Below, in pieces: positions 11,180 to 22,238 of a stretch of DNA of 64,000 bases. The stretch lies in NCBI GenBank assembly GCA_951406725.2, contig OX597815.1:11222001-11286000 (forward strand), read 5' to 3'. The stretch comes from Octopus vulgaris (Eukaryota). The notes under the pieces are model-generated. The model ran no database searches. It was given only the letters and a program-made list of their open reading frames with translations, and had not been told where the DNA came from. Position 1 is the stretch's first letter, and the number at the start of each line of letters is the position of its first letter. Position numbers and translations under genes: made by a program.

Positions 11180-12850
11180 TATTTGCCTCAAGACTCAGAC
11201 TCTGACCAAGCTGGGGCAGAAACTTGAAGAGTTTAGTCGAACAAATTGCTCCCCCACCACGAGAGTTACTTTACTAAAGCTTGCTGTTAATTCTATCGGT
11301 GTCTGTTGCTGAAGCGTTAAGTCAAGGGGACGTAGACAACCCCACACCGGTTGTCGAGCGGTTGTGGGGGACAATCACAAGCATAAAAGGCTCACACAAA
11401 CATACATATATGTAGATACATACATGCATACACACAGACACATACACACACACACGCACATGTAGATGCACATACATACACATAATATACAGGGGTTGGA
11501 CAAAATAATGGAAACACCTTACAATTTCAAACAAATTTATATTAATATGGGGTAGGACCCACAATTACGGCTTGAATTCTATGAAGTGTGGACCCATACA
11601 AAGTTTGAATTGTTTCCAAAGGAAATTTCGTCTATTCTTTAGCTAAAACAGTCTCCAGTTCTTGTAGTGATGATGGTGGAGGATATCAACTTCTTACTTG
11701 CTTTTCTAAAATGCACCATAAATGTTCTATAATATTGAGATCTGGGGACTGTGGAGGCCAGATAAGATGTTCAACTTCACTAGAATGTTCCTCGTGCTAT
11801 TCAGTAACAATTTTAGCTGTGTGAATTGGTGCATTATCATCCTGAAAGATTGCGCTTCCTTCCGGAAACAGTTCTGCAACCATAGGGTAAATTAGATTAC
11901 ATAAAATGCTTAAATAGTCTTCACTATTAATTCTGCTATAAAGGGAAACCATTGGGTCGGCGGATTTCCAAGATATAGCCGCACCCCTAGATCATCACAG
12001 ACCCTCCTCAATGTCCAACAGTTGGATGAAGGCAGTCCGGGTCAAATGCTTCTTTTGGCTGTCTCTACACGTATACTCGGCTGGTGGTCGGAAATAATAT
12101 TCTTCCACTGCTCTAGGGACCAATTCTGTAGGTTTTTTACTCCACTCTAAATGCTTTGCAACGTTCGTTTTTGAAAGTAGTGGTTTTCTGATTGCAGCTC
12201 TCCCATGAAATCCGGCTTTGTTGAAAGTGGGTTCTGCAGGTGGTCATTAAGCTCTGCAGTAATTTTGGGAGCTGTACTTTTGTCATCCTTTCTAACAATT
12301 CGCGTAAGAGTTCGACGGTCTCTGTCTGAAAGTTTTGGTTTTCTTCCGGTGTTTTGTTCCGACGAGGAGGTTTTTCCCTCTTTTTCAAAGCTGTCATTAC
12401 TTTCGAGACAGTACTTCTTGATACACCAAACATTTCATCTGTTTTCGTTACGCTAGCGCCTGCCATACGACCTCTTTGAAAGTTCGATAGATCAGTCATT
12501 TTGATAAATTTTAATTACCTTTTTCTGATGATATCTGAAAAGAAACAGTAATTTTATCAAAACATATTAAGTAACACCAATAATAAATTAAAAAAAACAA
12601 CATAAAAATAAACAAGCTTTTGACGGTTTTATTGATATTTGTTAATCATGATGCTATGATGCTAGGGGTTTCTACTATTTTGTCCAAACCCTGTATATAC
12701 GACGGACCTTCTTTCAGTTTCTGCCTACCAAACCCACTCACAAGCCTTTGGTCGGCTCGATACTATAGTACGAGACACGCGCCCAAGTTGCCGCACAGAG
12801 GTATTGAAACTAAGTCTACATGGTTGGGAAGCACACTTCCCACACCGCCT
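11180..12850 (-). mobile_element. Degenerate family A SINE split by a Tc1 insertion
   Basis: Tail homology at 11180-11489 and head homology at 12694-12850 flank the Tc1 element. Confidence 0.65.
11490..12693 (-). mobile_element. Tc1-family DNA transposon, decayed transposase
   Basis: TA-flanked TIRs CAGGGGTTGGACAAAATAATGGAAACACC / GGGGTTTCTACTATTTTGTCCAAACCCTG. HTH N-terminus MTDLSNFQRG (ORF 12137-12499). Downstream IFQDDNAPIH and WPPQSPDLNIIE motifs occur in shifted frames. Confidence 0.92.
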
Positions 12851-13253
12851 ATACTACACAGTTGCATCCACGCTTATGTGTGCATATAATATCGAAAATG
12901 CTTTTACTTTTTCAAGGGATACAGGGTTACTACTTTTAGCAACACCACCGATCACATAAATAATCTTTCGGCTCGTGTGTGGTATGTATGCATGCATGCA
13001 TGTATGTATGTATGTATGTATGTATGTATGTATGTATGTACGTATGTATGTATGTATGTATGTATGTATGCGTATGGATATATACATACACACACACACA
13101 TACGAACATATATATAACAAATGCGAAAAACTAGTTTCTGTGAGTCAGTGTGTCACACTTAGACATGCTCCCTCATTATTCAATAACACTGCTACTATTC
13201 CTCATGATGGGGTAAGAGTAATACTAGGCACAGAGGCGGTGAGACGGTGGCGA

Positions 13254-13332
<79 letters not shown>

Positions 13333-13594
13333 TGCGTATGTGTGAGAAAGAGGGAGACGATGTATAACTTTGTTTAACCACATCGTTTTGACAGAAATTC
13401 TTGTCACCTACATACTGAACACTATCATTATTGTGTTATCTTTTGTTTTCTTAAATACACACACACACACATGAAATACTTTTTAATTGAAATAAAGATT
13501 CCTCAAAACTAAACATATCTAATATAATAAATGTGAATGTAGGTGTGTCACATTTTCTCAGCTTTAATAAATCTTTAATACTGGAAGCACTCAA

Positions 13595-14112
13595 AACCTC
13601 AAATTTTGGGGGAACGGATTAAGTCGACTACATCGACCCCAGTAAGTAACTGGTACTAATTTTATCGACCCCGAAAGGATGAAAGGCAAAGTCAACGTCT
13701 GCGGAATTCGAACTCAAAACCTAACGGCAGACGAAATACCTATTTCTTTATTACCCACAAGGGGCTAAACACAGAGGGGACAAACAAGGACAGACATAGG
13801 TATTAAGTCGATTACATCGACCCCAGTGCGTAACTGGTACTTAATTTTATCGACCCCGAAAGGATGAAAGGCAAAATCGACGTCAGCGGAATTCGAACTC
13901 AAATCCTAACGGCAGACGAAATACCGCTGAACATTTCGTCCGGCGTGCTAACAATTCTACCAGCTAGCGGCCTTAATATAATATAATATTTTCTACTCTC
14001 GGTACAAGGCCTGAAATTTTGGGGTACGGAGCCAGTCGATCAGATCGACTCCAATACGCAACTGGTACTTAATTTCGCCCGGCATGCTAACGATTCTGCC
14101 AGTTCGCTGCCT
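13595..14112 (-). mobile_element. Cluster of family B SINEs (tandem form plus internally deleted copy)
   Basis: Consensus matches, with the shared junction at ~13740. Confidence 0.8.
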
Positions 14113-14454
14113 TAACACAATATAATATAATATAATAAATGTGAATGACAGTGTGTCAGTGAGCCACACTTTATCAACTTTACTCCAAGACGTCGTAGAG
14201 CAGCATATCAGACCATTTTTTTGCGACGGATATGATCATCATTGGGATATGACTCTGGAGGAAGCAATTGCGACAAATTCTCAGGAACATGTCAGATATC
14301 TGTTTGCAGATTTTCCCATTCAGGGTCAGTTGCTTAAAAGCTAGTGCATATATATATGTATATATATATATATGTTAATAAAATAGAACATATGCATATA
14401 TATAAACATATATGTACGTACCTACCTCTACATGTACATATACACGCATATATG

Positions 14455-14853
14455 TGTACAGGACACCAAAAAGACGTCGAACACATAGAGAGACGAAAAA
14501 CATAGACACAAACCAAGGAACAGGACAAGCAAAAAAGAAAAAGAGATACAGGACAATAAGCACAACGAAAAATCCCCTTCTTCAGTCGCTAAGGTTTCAT
14601 CTACTCTACGTTTCGAAGGATAAAAGCGAGACGTATACTTCGAAGAAACTTCCTTCCTGCGAAAAGCAAATCAATTAAAATTCTGAGATCTTTTAGGGGT
14701 AAAAAATAAAAAAGCAAGACGGTAGTACAAACATATAAACATAAAAAAAATTATATATAAACAGTTGAAAAATAAATATATAACAGTGAGAGACAGGACA
14801 AGGAGAACAAGATAAGAAGGGCTGTTTACGCCAGACGAAAAAAGTAATGCAAA

Positions 14854-14855
<2 letters not shown>
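14455..14855 (-). mobile_element. (TA)n-flanked non-coding element carrying a rearranged hammerhead (PLE-derived, family P1)
   Basis: Bounded by TA runs. Its T/G-rich 3' region resembles those at 16570-16730, 29755-29846 and 44980-45096. Confidence 0.6.
14573..14635 (-). ncRNA. Non-circularly permuted (pseudoknotted) hammerhead ribozyme candidate
   Basis: UACGU-C-UCGCU-uuua-UCCU-uc-GAAA-CGUA-(16 nt)-AGCGA-CUGAAGA-AGGG. Stem III is 5 bp, stem I 5 bp and stem II 4 bp, with a GUC site. Confidence 0.7.
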
Positions 14856-14913
<58 letters not shown>

Positions 14914-14969
14914 AAAGAATCCGAAAGAATTCTAATTGATAAATATCAATTTTTACCCTAAATTTAATG

Positions 14970-15010
<41 letters not shown>

Positions 15011-15015
<5 letters not shown>

Positions 15016-15629
15016 CAAAATCAGAAAATGGAGAAATACATCTAAATCATTAATCAAGTATCAGATAATACCCAATCACATACTTTATTGAACCACTACA
15101 TATGAACATTAAGATTAAACAAAACAGCGTACATGAATGAGTAATACAATACAATAAGTATAATCATTATAAGAGGATATAAATAAATAAATATAAATAG
15201 ATATAAATATAAATATAAATATACACTATATCTTACAGCTGTAAGATATAGTGTATATTTATATTTATATCTATTTATATTTATTTATTTATATCCTCTT
15301 GTAATGATTGTACCCATTGTATTGTATTACTCATTCATGTACGCTGTTTTGTTTAATCTTAATGTTCTTATGTAGTGATTCAATAATTTATGTGATTGGG
15401 TATTATCTGATAGTTGATTAATGATTTAGATGTATTTCTCCATTTTCTGATTTTGTATTATTAATTTATGGTAAAAATATTTTTACCTTTGCCCATGTAA
15501 TACAGTAAGTGAATTAATTGCATCGCAATTCTTAACATTTATGTATTAACTTTGTTGGGTAATTCACTAGCAGTATATTGGATATATATTATCCCATGGA
15601 GGGTTGAATTTGCAACCCCTATCTCAATT

Positions 15630-15631
<2 letters not shown>
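15011..15631. mobile_element. Spacer-less palindromic element (arms 15011-15238 / 15239-15460) plus 170-bp tail, between (TA)n tracts; PLE-like
   Basis: Perfect fold-back centred on TCTTACAG|CTGTAAGA. The tail is homologous to 20725-20910 (minus). Confidence 0.8.
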
Positions 15632-15689
<58 letters not shown>

Positions 15690-15921
15690 CAGGGTAATAA
15701 AATTTACAGAAAAATTTTACTACCAGTGGCCTAGCGTAAAAATCATTAGTCAATAGACTATATATTATTCATATAAAATACAGTGTATATTGAAACACAT
15801 TAAGTGGTTTCCATCATAGGAAGCCATTACGCTAGAAAGGACAGTTAAAATCCAAACCACTAATTAGGGTTAAATTCTCGAAGGGAATGAAAGATAAAAA
15901 CATTTACCATCTAATTCAATT

Positions 15922-15995
15922 CCCGGACCATGGTTTCTGACTTATTTCAGTAAAATAAAAATGATTAATTTACTGAGGCCGTCTTCATCAGCGGG
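15922..15995 (-). ncRNA. Type I hammerhead ribozyme, long stem II
   Basis: CCCG-CUGAUGA-aGAC...UCAGUAAA/UUUACUGA...GUCa-GAAA-CCAUG-GUC-CGGG. Palindromic ACCAUGGU stem III. Confidence 0.75.
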
Positions 15996-16130
15996 TGAGC
16001 CTTAGATTAAATATACACACAACGAGATCAATCCGGCATGCGCAGTGGATTTGAAAAAAATTAAAATGTACAAGCAATGAGTTTACATGCTGGATTGATC
16101 TCGTTGTGTGTATATTTAATCTTAGGCTCA

Positions 16131-16203
16131 CCCGCTGATGAAACGGCCTCAGTAAATTAATGATTTTTATTTTACTGAAATAAGTCAGAAACCATGGTCC
16201 GGG
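16131..16203 (+). ncRNA. Type I hammerhead ribozyme (inverted partner of 15922-15995; 1-nt deletion in stem II)
   Basis: CTGATGA at 16135-16141, GAAA at 16188-16191, GTC at 16197-16199, stem I CCCG/CGGG. Confidence 0.7.
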
Positions 16204-16343
16204 GATTGGATTAGATAGTAAATATTTTTATTTTTTATTCCCTTCGAGAATTTAACCCTAATTAGTGGTTTGGATTTTAACTGTCCTTTCTAGCGTAATG
16301 GCTTCCTATGATGGAAGCCTCTTAATGTGTTTTATATATATGT

Positions 16344-16426
<83 letters not shown>

Positions 16427-16498
16427 GCACATAGAGATCACTGTGAAAGTAATCGTGCTTTTACAGTATGCTACCAGGTGTGAACCATTTCTTTTATT

Positions 16499-16567
<69 letters not shown>

Positions 16568-16569
16568 CA

Positions 16570-16731
16570 TAAAATACAAAATGGGACAAGAACGCAAAAC
16601 ATCTGGACCGCTAGGTGATACAAAAAGAGACAACCAGAAATCCAGATGGACGATACAAAGAAAACACGGACGAAGTTTTCTTTCTTCAGTCAAGCACCAG
16701 ATTATCCTCGCAATTTCGGTCGATTACTGTT
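16570..16731 (-). mobile_element. 5'-truncated family P1 element with partial rearranged HHR
   Basis: Minus strand reads CC-GAAA-TTGC...ATCTGGTGCTTGA-CTGAAGA with 24-nt spacing, homologous to 29715-29751. The cleavage strand is missing. A shorter tail copy lies at 31393-31446. Confidence 0.65.
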
Positions 16732-17039
16732 ATATATACGCACGCACAGACGCACACACGCACACACTCACACACACACGCACATACACACAAACATACA
16801 CGCACACTCTCTCTGTCTCTGTCTCTCTCTCTCTCTCACACAAACATGTATGTTGCGTGGCTGCATTTGCGAATGTCTTTATGAGTTCGGACTTGTCTGC
16901 ATGTGTGCTTTGACGATAAACCTTTTCATCTCGCCTAAATTTTTTTTCTGTTTTCATATTAGAGTGATTGTATAAATGTCTCGTTCGTGTTGTGAGTTAC
17001 GAAATTCCTTCGTTCTCTCGATTTCCTGTAATTCAGATC

Positions 17040-17210
17040 GTCTTATGATCCTAGCAGACAAAATGGCAAAAGTGTTCCGCCAGAGGACGGTGAGAGAGAA
17101 GCGCTGGAGCAGTCACTCTGATTCAAGGGGTTCGCACATACAGATAGCCATCTCCGCTCCGATCGCGGTGAGCAGGGATATGGTCTCCACTGCCACAGGC
17201 TCAACCTGTC
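17040..17210 (-). mobile_element. CRE-clade (RLE) non-LTR retrotransposon C-terminal fragment
   Basis: Translates VEPVAVET...LLTAIG...EPLESE*LLQRFSLTVLWRNTFAIL, resembling the PxAVET...LxQRLSLAVQRGNAxAIL end of CRE ORFs. Confidence 0.55.
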
Positions 17211-17416
17211 AAAACATGATTTTGCATGTGAAAATGTATATATAATCGGGAAATAGTATATAATATCCCCTAACTTTTCTGAAAATATATTGCTCTTCAA
17301 AGTGAATATATAGAGGTACATGTCACGGTTTCGCTTGTTGAAAGTTTTACATTCAGATATTTTGTTTGTTTATTTGTTGTTGTTGTTGTTGTTGCTGTTT
17401 GTTTGTTTGTTTGTTA

Positions 17417-17771
17417 GTTTGTCCCAGAGCTCGCAAGATCGCGCCTCTTTAGTGGGAGAAGTCCTTTGCTATTCGTAAGACCCGCAGAAGAGAAAGCAGG
17501 TCAACCCCCGACACCGAGAGCATCGACGGATGGATGAATGCGCATCCAGGCTCTGCGGTTGCGTAGGAAGTCGGGGACAAGAAACAGGAAGAAAGAGTGA
17601 GAGAAAGTTGCGGCTAAAGAGACAACAGGGGTCGCCACCACCCTCTGCCGGAGCCTCGTGGAGCCTTCGGTGTTTTCGCTCAATAAACACACACAACGCC
17701 CGGTCTGGGAATCGAAACCGCGAATCCGACCGCGAGTCCGCTGCCCCAACCAATGGGCCATTGCGCCTCCA
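17417..17771 (-). mobile_element. Family C SINE, tail type 2
   Basis: Same tRNA(Arg)-like head and body as 3261, diverging after CTTTCTCTCACTCTT. Confidence 0.8.
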
Positions 17772-18164
17772 CTGTTGTTGCTGTTGCTGTTTAGCCAGAA
17801 ATCGAACTTGATCGAACTGGCCTTTGAACCAAGTTAAGTTAGCAAAAACGATTTTCTCTTCCTATTTATTTTCGGTATAACTAGGACCATATTATACAGT
17901 GCACATACACTACCGCCTGTAGTGTGTATGTACGCATGTGAGTGAGTGTGTGTGTGTTTGTGTGCTTGTGTGTGTGTTTGCATGTGTGTATGTGCGAAGG
18001 TGTAAATGTTGAGGTTCTGGGCAAATGTAAATGATTTAATTAACAACGTCGTCGGCTAATGAATCATATGCAAATGTTAATATTATCGACTGATAATCTA
18101 CTGCTATATGAAGCAATTTAGATTCAGACTCCTTTAACTAACCGATGAATAATGGCAAAAATAA

Positions 18165-18709
18165 TTTTATCGACCTCAAAAGGATGAAAGGCAAAGTCGA
18201 CCTCTGCGGAATTCGAACTCAAAACCTAACGGCAGACGAAATACCCATTTCTTTACTACCCACAAGGGGCTAAACATAGAGGGGACAAACAAGGACAGAC
18301 AAACGGATTACGTCGATTACATCGACCCCAGTGCGTAACTGGTACTTAATTTATCGACCCCGAAAGGATGAAAGGCAAAGTCGACCTTGGCGGAATTTGA
18401 ACTCAGAACGTAACGGCAGACTAAATACGCCTACGCATTTCGCCCGGCGCGCTAACGGTTCTGCCAGCGCGCCGCCTTAATATAATATATATTTCTTTAT
18501 TGCCCACAAGGGGCTAAACACAGAGGGGACAAACAAGGACAGACAAAGCGATTAAGTCGATTATATCGACCCCAGTGCGTAACTGGTACTTAATTTACCG
18601 ACCACGAAAGGATGAAAGGCAAAGTCGACCTCGGCGGAATTTGAACTCAGACGAAATACGGCTACGCATTTCGCCCGGCGTGCTAACGATTCTGCCAGCT
18701 CGACGCCTT
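18165..18709 (-). mobile_element. Two adjacent family B SINEs (first in tandem form)
   Basis: Consensus matches. Both heads are followed on the plus strand by TTAATATAATATA. Junction at ~18245. Confidence 0.85.
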
Positions 18710-18775
18710 AATATAATATACTGACGAAATACAACTTTCCGAAACAGATCTGAAATAAAATGCAGAATTATAGGC

Positions 18776-19635
18776 ACTGGTGTGGCTGTGTTTAAGAAGC
18801 TTACTTCCTATTCATGTGATCTTGGGTTCAGTGCCACTGTACGGCACTTTGGTCAAGTCTCTTCAGCTTTTAGCCTCGGTTCGGGCCGACCAAAGATTTA
18901 TGAGTGGATTTGGTAGATGGAAACTGAAAGAAGCCCGTCGTACACACAAACACACGCACACACACATACACACATCCATGAACGTATGTCTTTGTGCTTG
19001 TGTTGTGTTTATCCCCTACCTTCACCACCTCTGCTTGACAACTGGTCTTGGTTTGTTCCGCTAAACCAGGGGCGCCAACCTTTTTCGACTATCGACCGCC
19101 TTTAGTCACTTCTCCTTCTGCATCGACCCCCTTTGACTACTTCTCTTTCCGCATCGACCACCCTTCACATTTAATATGTTTTAATACCCTACCCAACCTG
19201 GTACTGATGTTGGCAATTAAAATGTTAGCTAAAATACACATGTACGACAAATTAAGAAGTTCTGTTGAAGGTGACACACTTTTTACATTTAAAACTACGT
19301 GTACGAGTATACGGTATTAAACTTTCAATTTTTATGAAATTGTTTTCACGGTTAGAAAATGTAGAAAACACATCATATTGCTGTAATATCTTTTATTGAA
19401 ATCGACAACATCAATGTGAGTTATCAGTATGGTGCTGACTTAGTATTTCAAACAGTTCATATGGGTGAGTTGGTCTTTCGCACGTCGACCCCCATTCGAT
19501 CCCTTGGCTATCATTAATCTACCTGTAATTCCTCGCCGACTCCTAGGAGGTCACTCGGACTCCTTTTGGTGATCCTTGTACTAAACTCTCCAAGGCGGTA
19601 CCCTACCTTGGCTGCAGTGCAATGACAGAAATATA
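18776..19635 (+). mobile_element. Family A SINE interrupted by a hAT-like MITE
   Basis: Head and body at 18776-19066. The tail AAGGCGGTACCC...GGCTGCAGTGCAATGACAGAAA resumes at 19587. Confidence 0.7.
19067..19578. mobile_element. hAT-like non-autonomous element
   Basis: Imperfect TIRs CAGGGGCGCCAA / TTGGTGATCCTTG, near-matching 8-bp TSD CGCTAAAC / TACTAAAC, and subterminal TCGACC(C) repeats. Confidence 0.6.
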
Positions 19636-19650
19636 ATATATATATGTATG

Positions 19651-19693
<43 letters not shown>

Positions 19694-19745
19694 TTGGTGA
19701 ATTGAAGAAATGGAGCTGAACGCAGATTGAACAGAAATCGTTTTA

Positions 19746-19834
19746 TTTCATTCTACACGTGTTTCGAAAGGCACAAATTACCAAAATCCGATGGAATAAT
19801 GGGACCATATTGTGTCTTTCTCTTCAGGAAGAAA
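19746..19834 (-). ncRNA. Type I hammerhead ribozyme (left arm)
   Basis: Reverse complement of 20357-20445. Confidence 0.8.
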
Positions 19835-20356
19835 ATAGGAAATCCGTTGGAAAAACAAAAACAGAACAGAGGCAGAGCAAAAACAAATCGAACTATGCTC
19901 CTAAGAGCCCATGGCGAAACTGTTTATCAGTGTATGTTGAGAACCGGTGGCTGAAGAATTCAACGGATCAGGCATCGGTCAATCATGTGGGTGAGGGGGC
20001 GTAGATGTTCTTTGTGACCGAGAATAAAGTTCTGACTATTTAAGGAATATTGGATGTTTTATAAGGGGCGAGAAAAAATCTACTTAGAGACGTGTGTGTG
20101 TGTATACTGTTCTATATACGTGTGTGTTATAAAACATCCAATATTCCTTAAATAGTCAGAACTTTATTCTCGGTCACAAAGAACATCTACGCCCCCTCAC
20201 CCACATGATTGACCGATGCCTGACCCGTTGAATTCTTCAGCCACCGGTTCTCAACATACACTGATAAACAGTTTCGCCATGGGCTCTTAGGAGCATAGTT
20301 CGATTTGTTTTTGCTCTGCCTCTGTTCTGTTTTTGTTTTTCCAACGGATTTCCTAT

Positions 20357-20445
20357 TTTCTTCCTGAAGAGAAAGACACAATATGGTCCCATTATTCCAT
20401 CGGATTTTGGTAATTTGTGCCTTTCGAAACACGTGTAGAATGAAA
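20357..20445 (+). ncRNA. Type I hammerhead ribozyme (right arm)
   Basis: UUC-CUGAAGA(20364-70)-GAAAGaCACAA...UUGUGcCUUUC-GAAA(20426-29)-CACGUG-UA-GAA. Palindromic ACACGUGU stem III and a GUA site. Confidence 0.82.
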
Positions 20446-20657
20446 TAAAACGATTTCTGTTCAATCTGCGTTCAGCTCCATTTCTTCAATTCACCAATAA
20501 TGTTCTAATTTCAATTATCCGCACAAACGCACGGTTGCAACACCATATGGTTGTACCTCCAACCGTGCTGTTTTACTGCTGTGATTTTTGCTACTAAGGT
20601 ATCGGTTAAACTTTTGATTAATCTACTACAAGATTATTCATCTTTCTATTTCACATA

Positions 20658-20724
<67 letters not shown>

Positions 20725-20725
<1 letters not shown>

Positions 20726-20995
20726 GTTTTAATTCCAAGAAAGTTAGAGGTTGTGAATCCAACCAACTAAGGGATAATATCTATCCAATACACTGCTGGT
20801 AGAATACCCAATTATTAATACACAAGTGTTTTTTTTGCATTGAAATTACATTACCGAGTGTAATAAATGGGTGAGGGCAAAGAGTTATCTTACCATTAAT
20901 TTATAGAGCAGTAAGAAAATGGAGGGGATCAATAGGTGGTATTCATTAACTTTTAGACATTATATTATGTCAATTTATTTAAGAATTTTAATCAT
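20725..20995 (-). mobile_element. Truncated TA-anchored element homologous to the tail of 15011-15631
   Basis: Shared TGGGTA-TTC-AC-AGCAGT-TATTGGATA-ATATTATCCC motif. Confidence 0.6.
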
Positions 20996-21394
20996 TTGCC
21001 TGCTTTCACCTTTGAGTAATTTGCGTTCGGTGCCGCTTATCCCATCAATCAGGAAGAGTTTGGCTATGTTATCAGTGATACCAACACTGATGGTGACACA
21101 TTTCTGTCTTTAAATATATAACTCTTAACTGTTTACTTATCCTGGCACGAACAGTATATATTATCCTATGTTCTGATTTGAACTAGAGATTCCTCGTTCC
21201 CAAAGTAGTTCAATAGCGCTTTCACTTTTATTATCTCAAATGTTTCTATTTCCACCAACGCTAGAGTGTCATGAAGTCTAAGCTTGCCTCATCCTTCCTT
21301 TTTGATAAGGCTTGATTTTGTTTTGCTGGTTTGTGAGCGACCCTTCTGTCTAGATTGACTTAATATAGTGTTGGTTTAGTGACTGACGACCTGT

Positions 21395-21696
21395 TCATGT
21401 TCCTTCTCGAGCCATGCCTGGCTCATAAGGGCCGGTTTCCCGGTTTCCTTGGCGTATAGGTTCCCCACCTGGACGGGATGCCGGTCCGTGGCAGGTGAGC
21501 TGCAAGATGCAGGAGGAAAGAGTGAGAGAAAGTTGTGGCGAAAGAGTCAGCAGAAGTTCGCCGTTACCATCTGCCGGAGTCGCGTGGAGCTTAGGTGCTT
21601 CGCTCATAAACACACACATCGTCCGATCTCAGATTCGAACCCGCGATCCCTCGACCGCGAGTCCGCCTCTCTAACCACTAGGCCATGTGCCTCCAC
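21395..21696 (-). mobile_element. Family C SINE head with V-domain-like tail (type 3)
   Basis: Minus strand contains CCTGCCACGGACCGGCATCCCGTCCAGGTGGG, similar to the V-SINE central domain as recalled. Confidence 0.7.
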
Positions 21697-21754
21697 AACC
21701 TGTTCATGTAATCACACACACATACTTACACATACACACACGCATGCTTGCACA

Positions 21755-21804
<50 letters not shown>

Positions 21805-21851
21805 CATGCACGTAGGCTGGCACGCAAGTACGCACATACACACAGCCACTG

Positions 21852-22238
21852 ATGGAAGCACTCCGTCGGTTAAGACGACGAGGGTTCCGGTTGATCCGAA
21901 TCAACGGAACAGCCTGCTCGTGAAATTAACGTGTAAGTGGCTGAGCACTCCACAGACACGTGTACCCTTAACGTAGTTCTCGGGGATATTCAGCGTGACA
22001 CAGAGAGTGACAAGGCCGGCCCTTTGAAATACAAGGTACAACAGAAACAGGAAGTAAGAGTGAGAGAAAGTTGTAGTGAAAGAGTACAGCAGGGATCACC
22101 ACCATCCCCTGCCGGAGCCTCGTGGAGCTTATAGGTGTTTTCGCTCAATAAACACTCACAACGCCCGGTCTGGGAATCGAAACCGCAATCCTATGACCGC
22201 GAGTCTGCTGCCCTAACCACTGGGCCATTGCGCCTCCA
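21852..22238 (-). mobile_element. Family C SINE, full length, tail type 1
   Basis: Near-identical reverse complement of 3261-3648. Confidence 0.88.

Larger units (their letters stand above)
15690..16332. mobile_element. PLE-like inverted-repeat element (arms 15793-16040 / 16086-16332) with an HHR in each arm (family P2)
   Basis: Arms are ~90% identical by eye with a 45-bp spacer, and TA runs lie on both sides. The tail is homologous to 32860-32975 and 33298-33416. Confidence 0.8.
19694..20657. mobile_element. Young PLE-like inverted-repeat element (371-bp arms 19694-20064 / 20127-20497, 62-bp spacer, 160-bp tail) with two intact HHRs (family P3)
   Basis: The arms are near-identical; the mirrored ORFs 19759-20004 and 20187-20432 differ by one residue. 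Flanked by (TA)n. The tail is homologous to 49230-49385. Confidence 0.88.

Noticed and set aside
12524-12545. CTGATGA followed by GAAA in the Tc1 5' region (also inverted at ~45338-45352)
   Set aside because: Only 5 nt separate the motifs, with no stem II and no III'-UH-I' strand, so it is not a hammerhead.
16730-17210. Possible host exon on the minus strand (TTTTGACAG acceptor, ORF MKTEKKF...)
   Set aside because: The upstream part is better explained as a CRE-like LINE C-terminus, and the ORF runs into microsatellite.
19910-19965. GAAA ... CTGAAGA in the P3 arm as another rearranged HHR
   Set aside because: The spacing is 31 nt and no supporting stem I or stem III partners were found.
19727-20464. 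Two pairs of identical ORFs on opposite strands
   Set aside because: They result from the inverted repeat. There is no recognisable domain, and they run antisense to the ribozyme.
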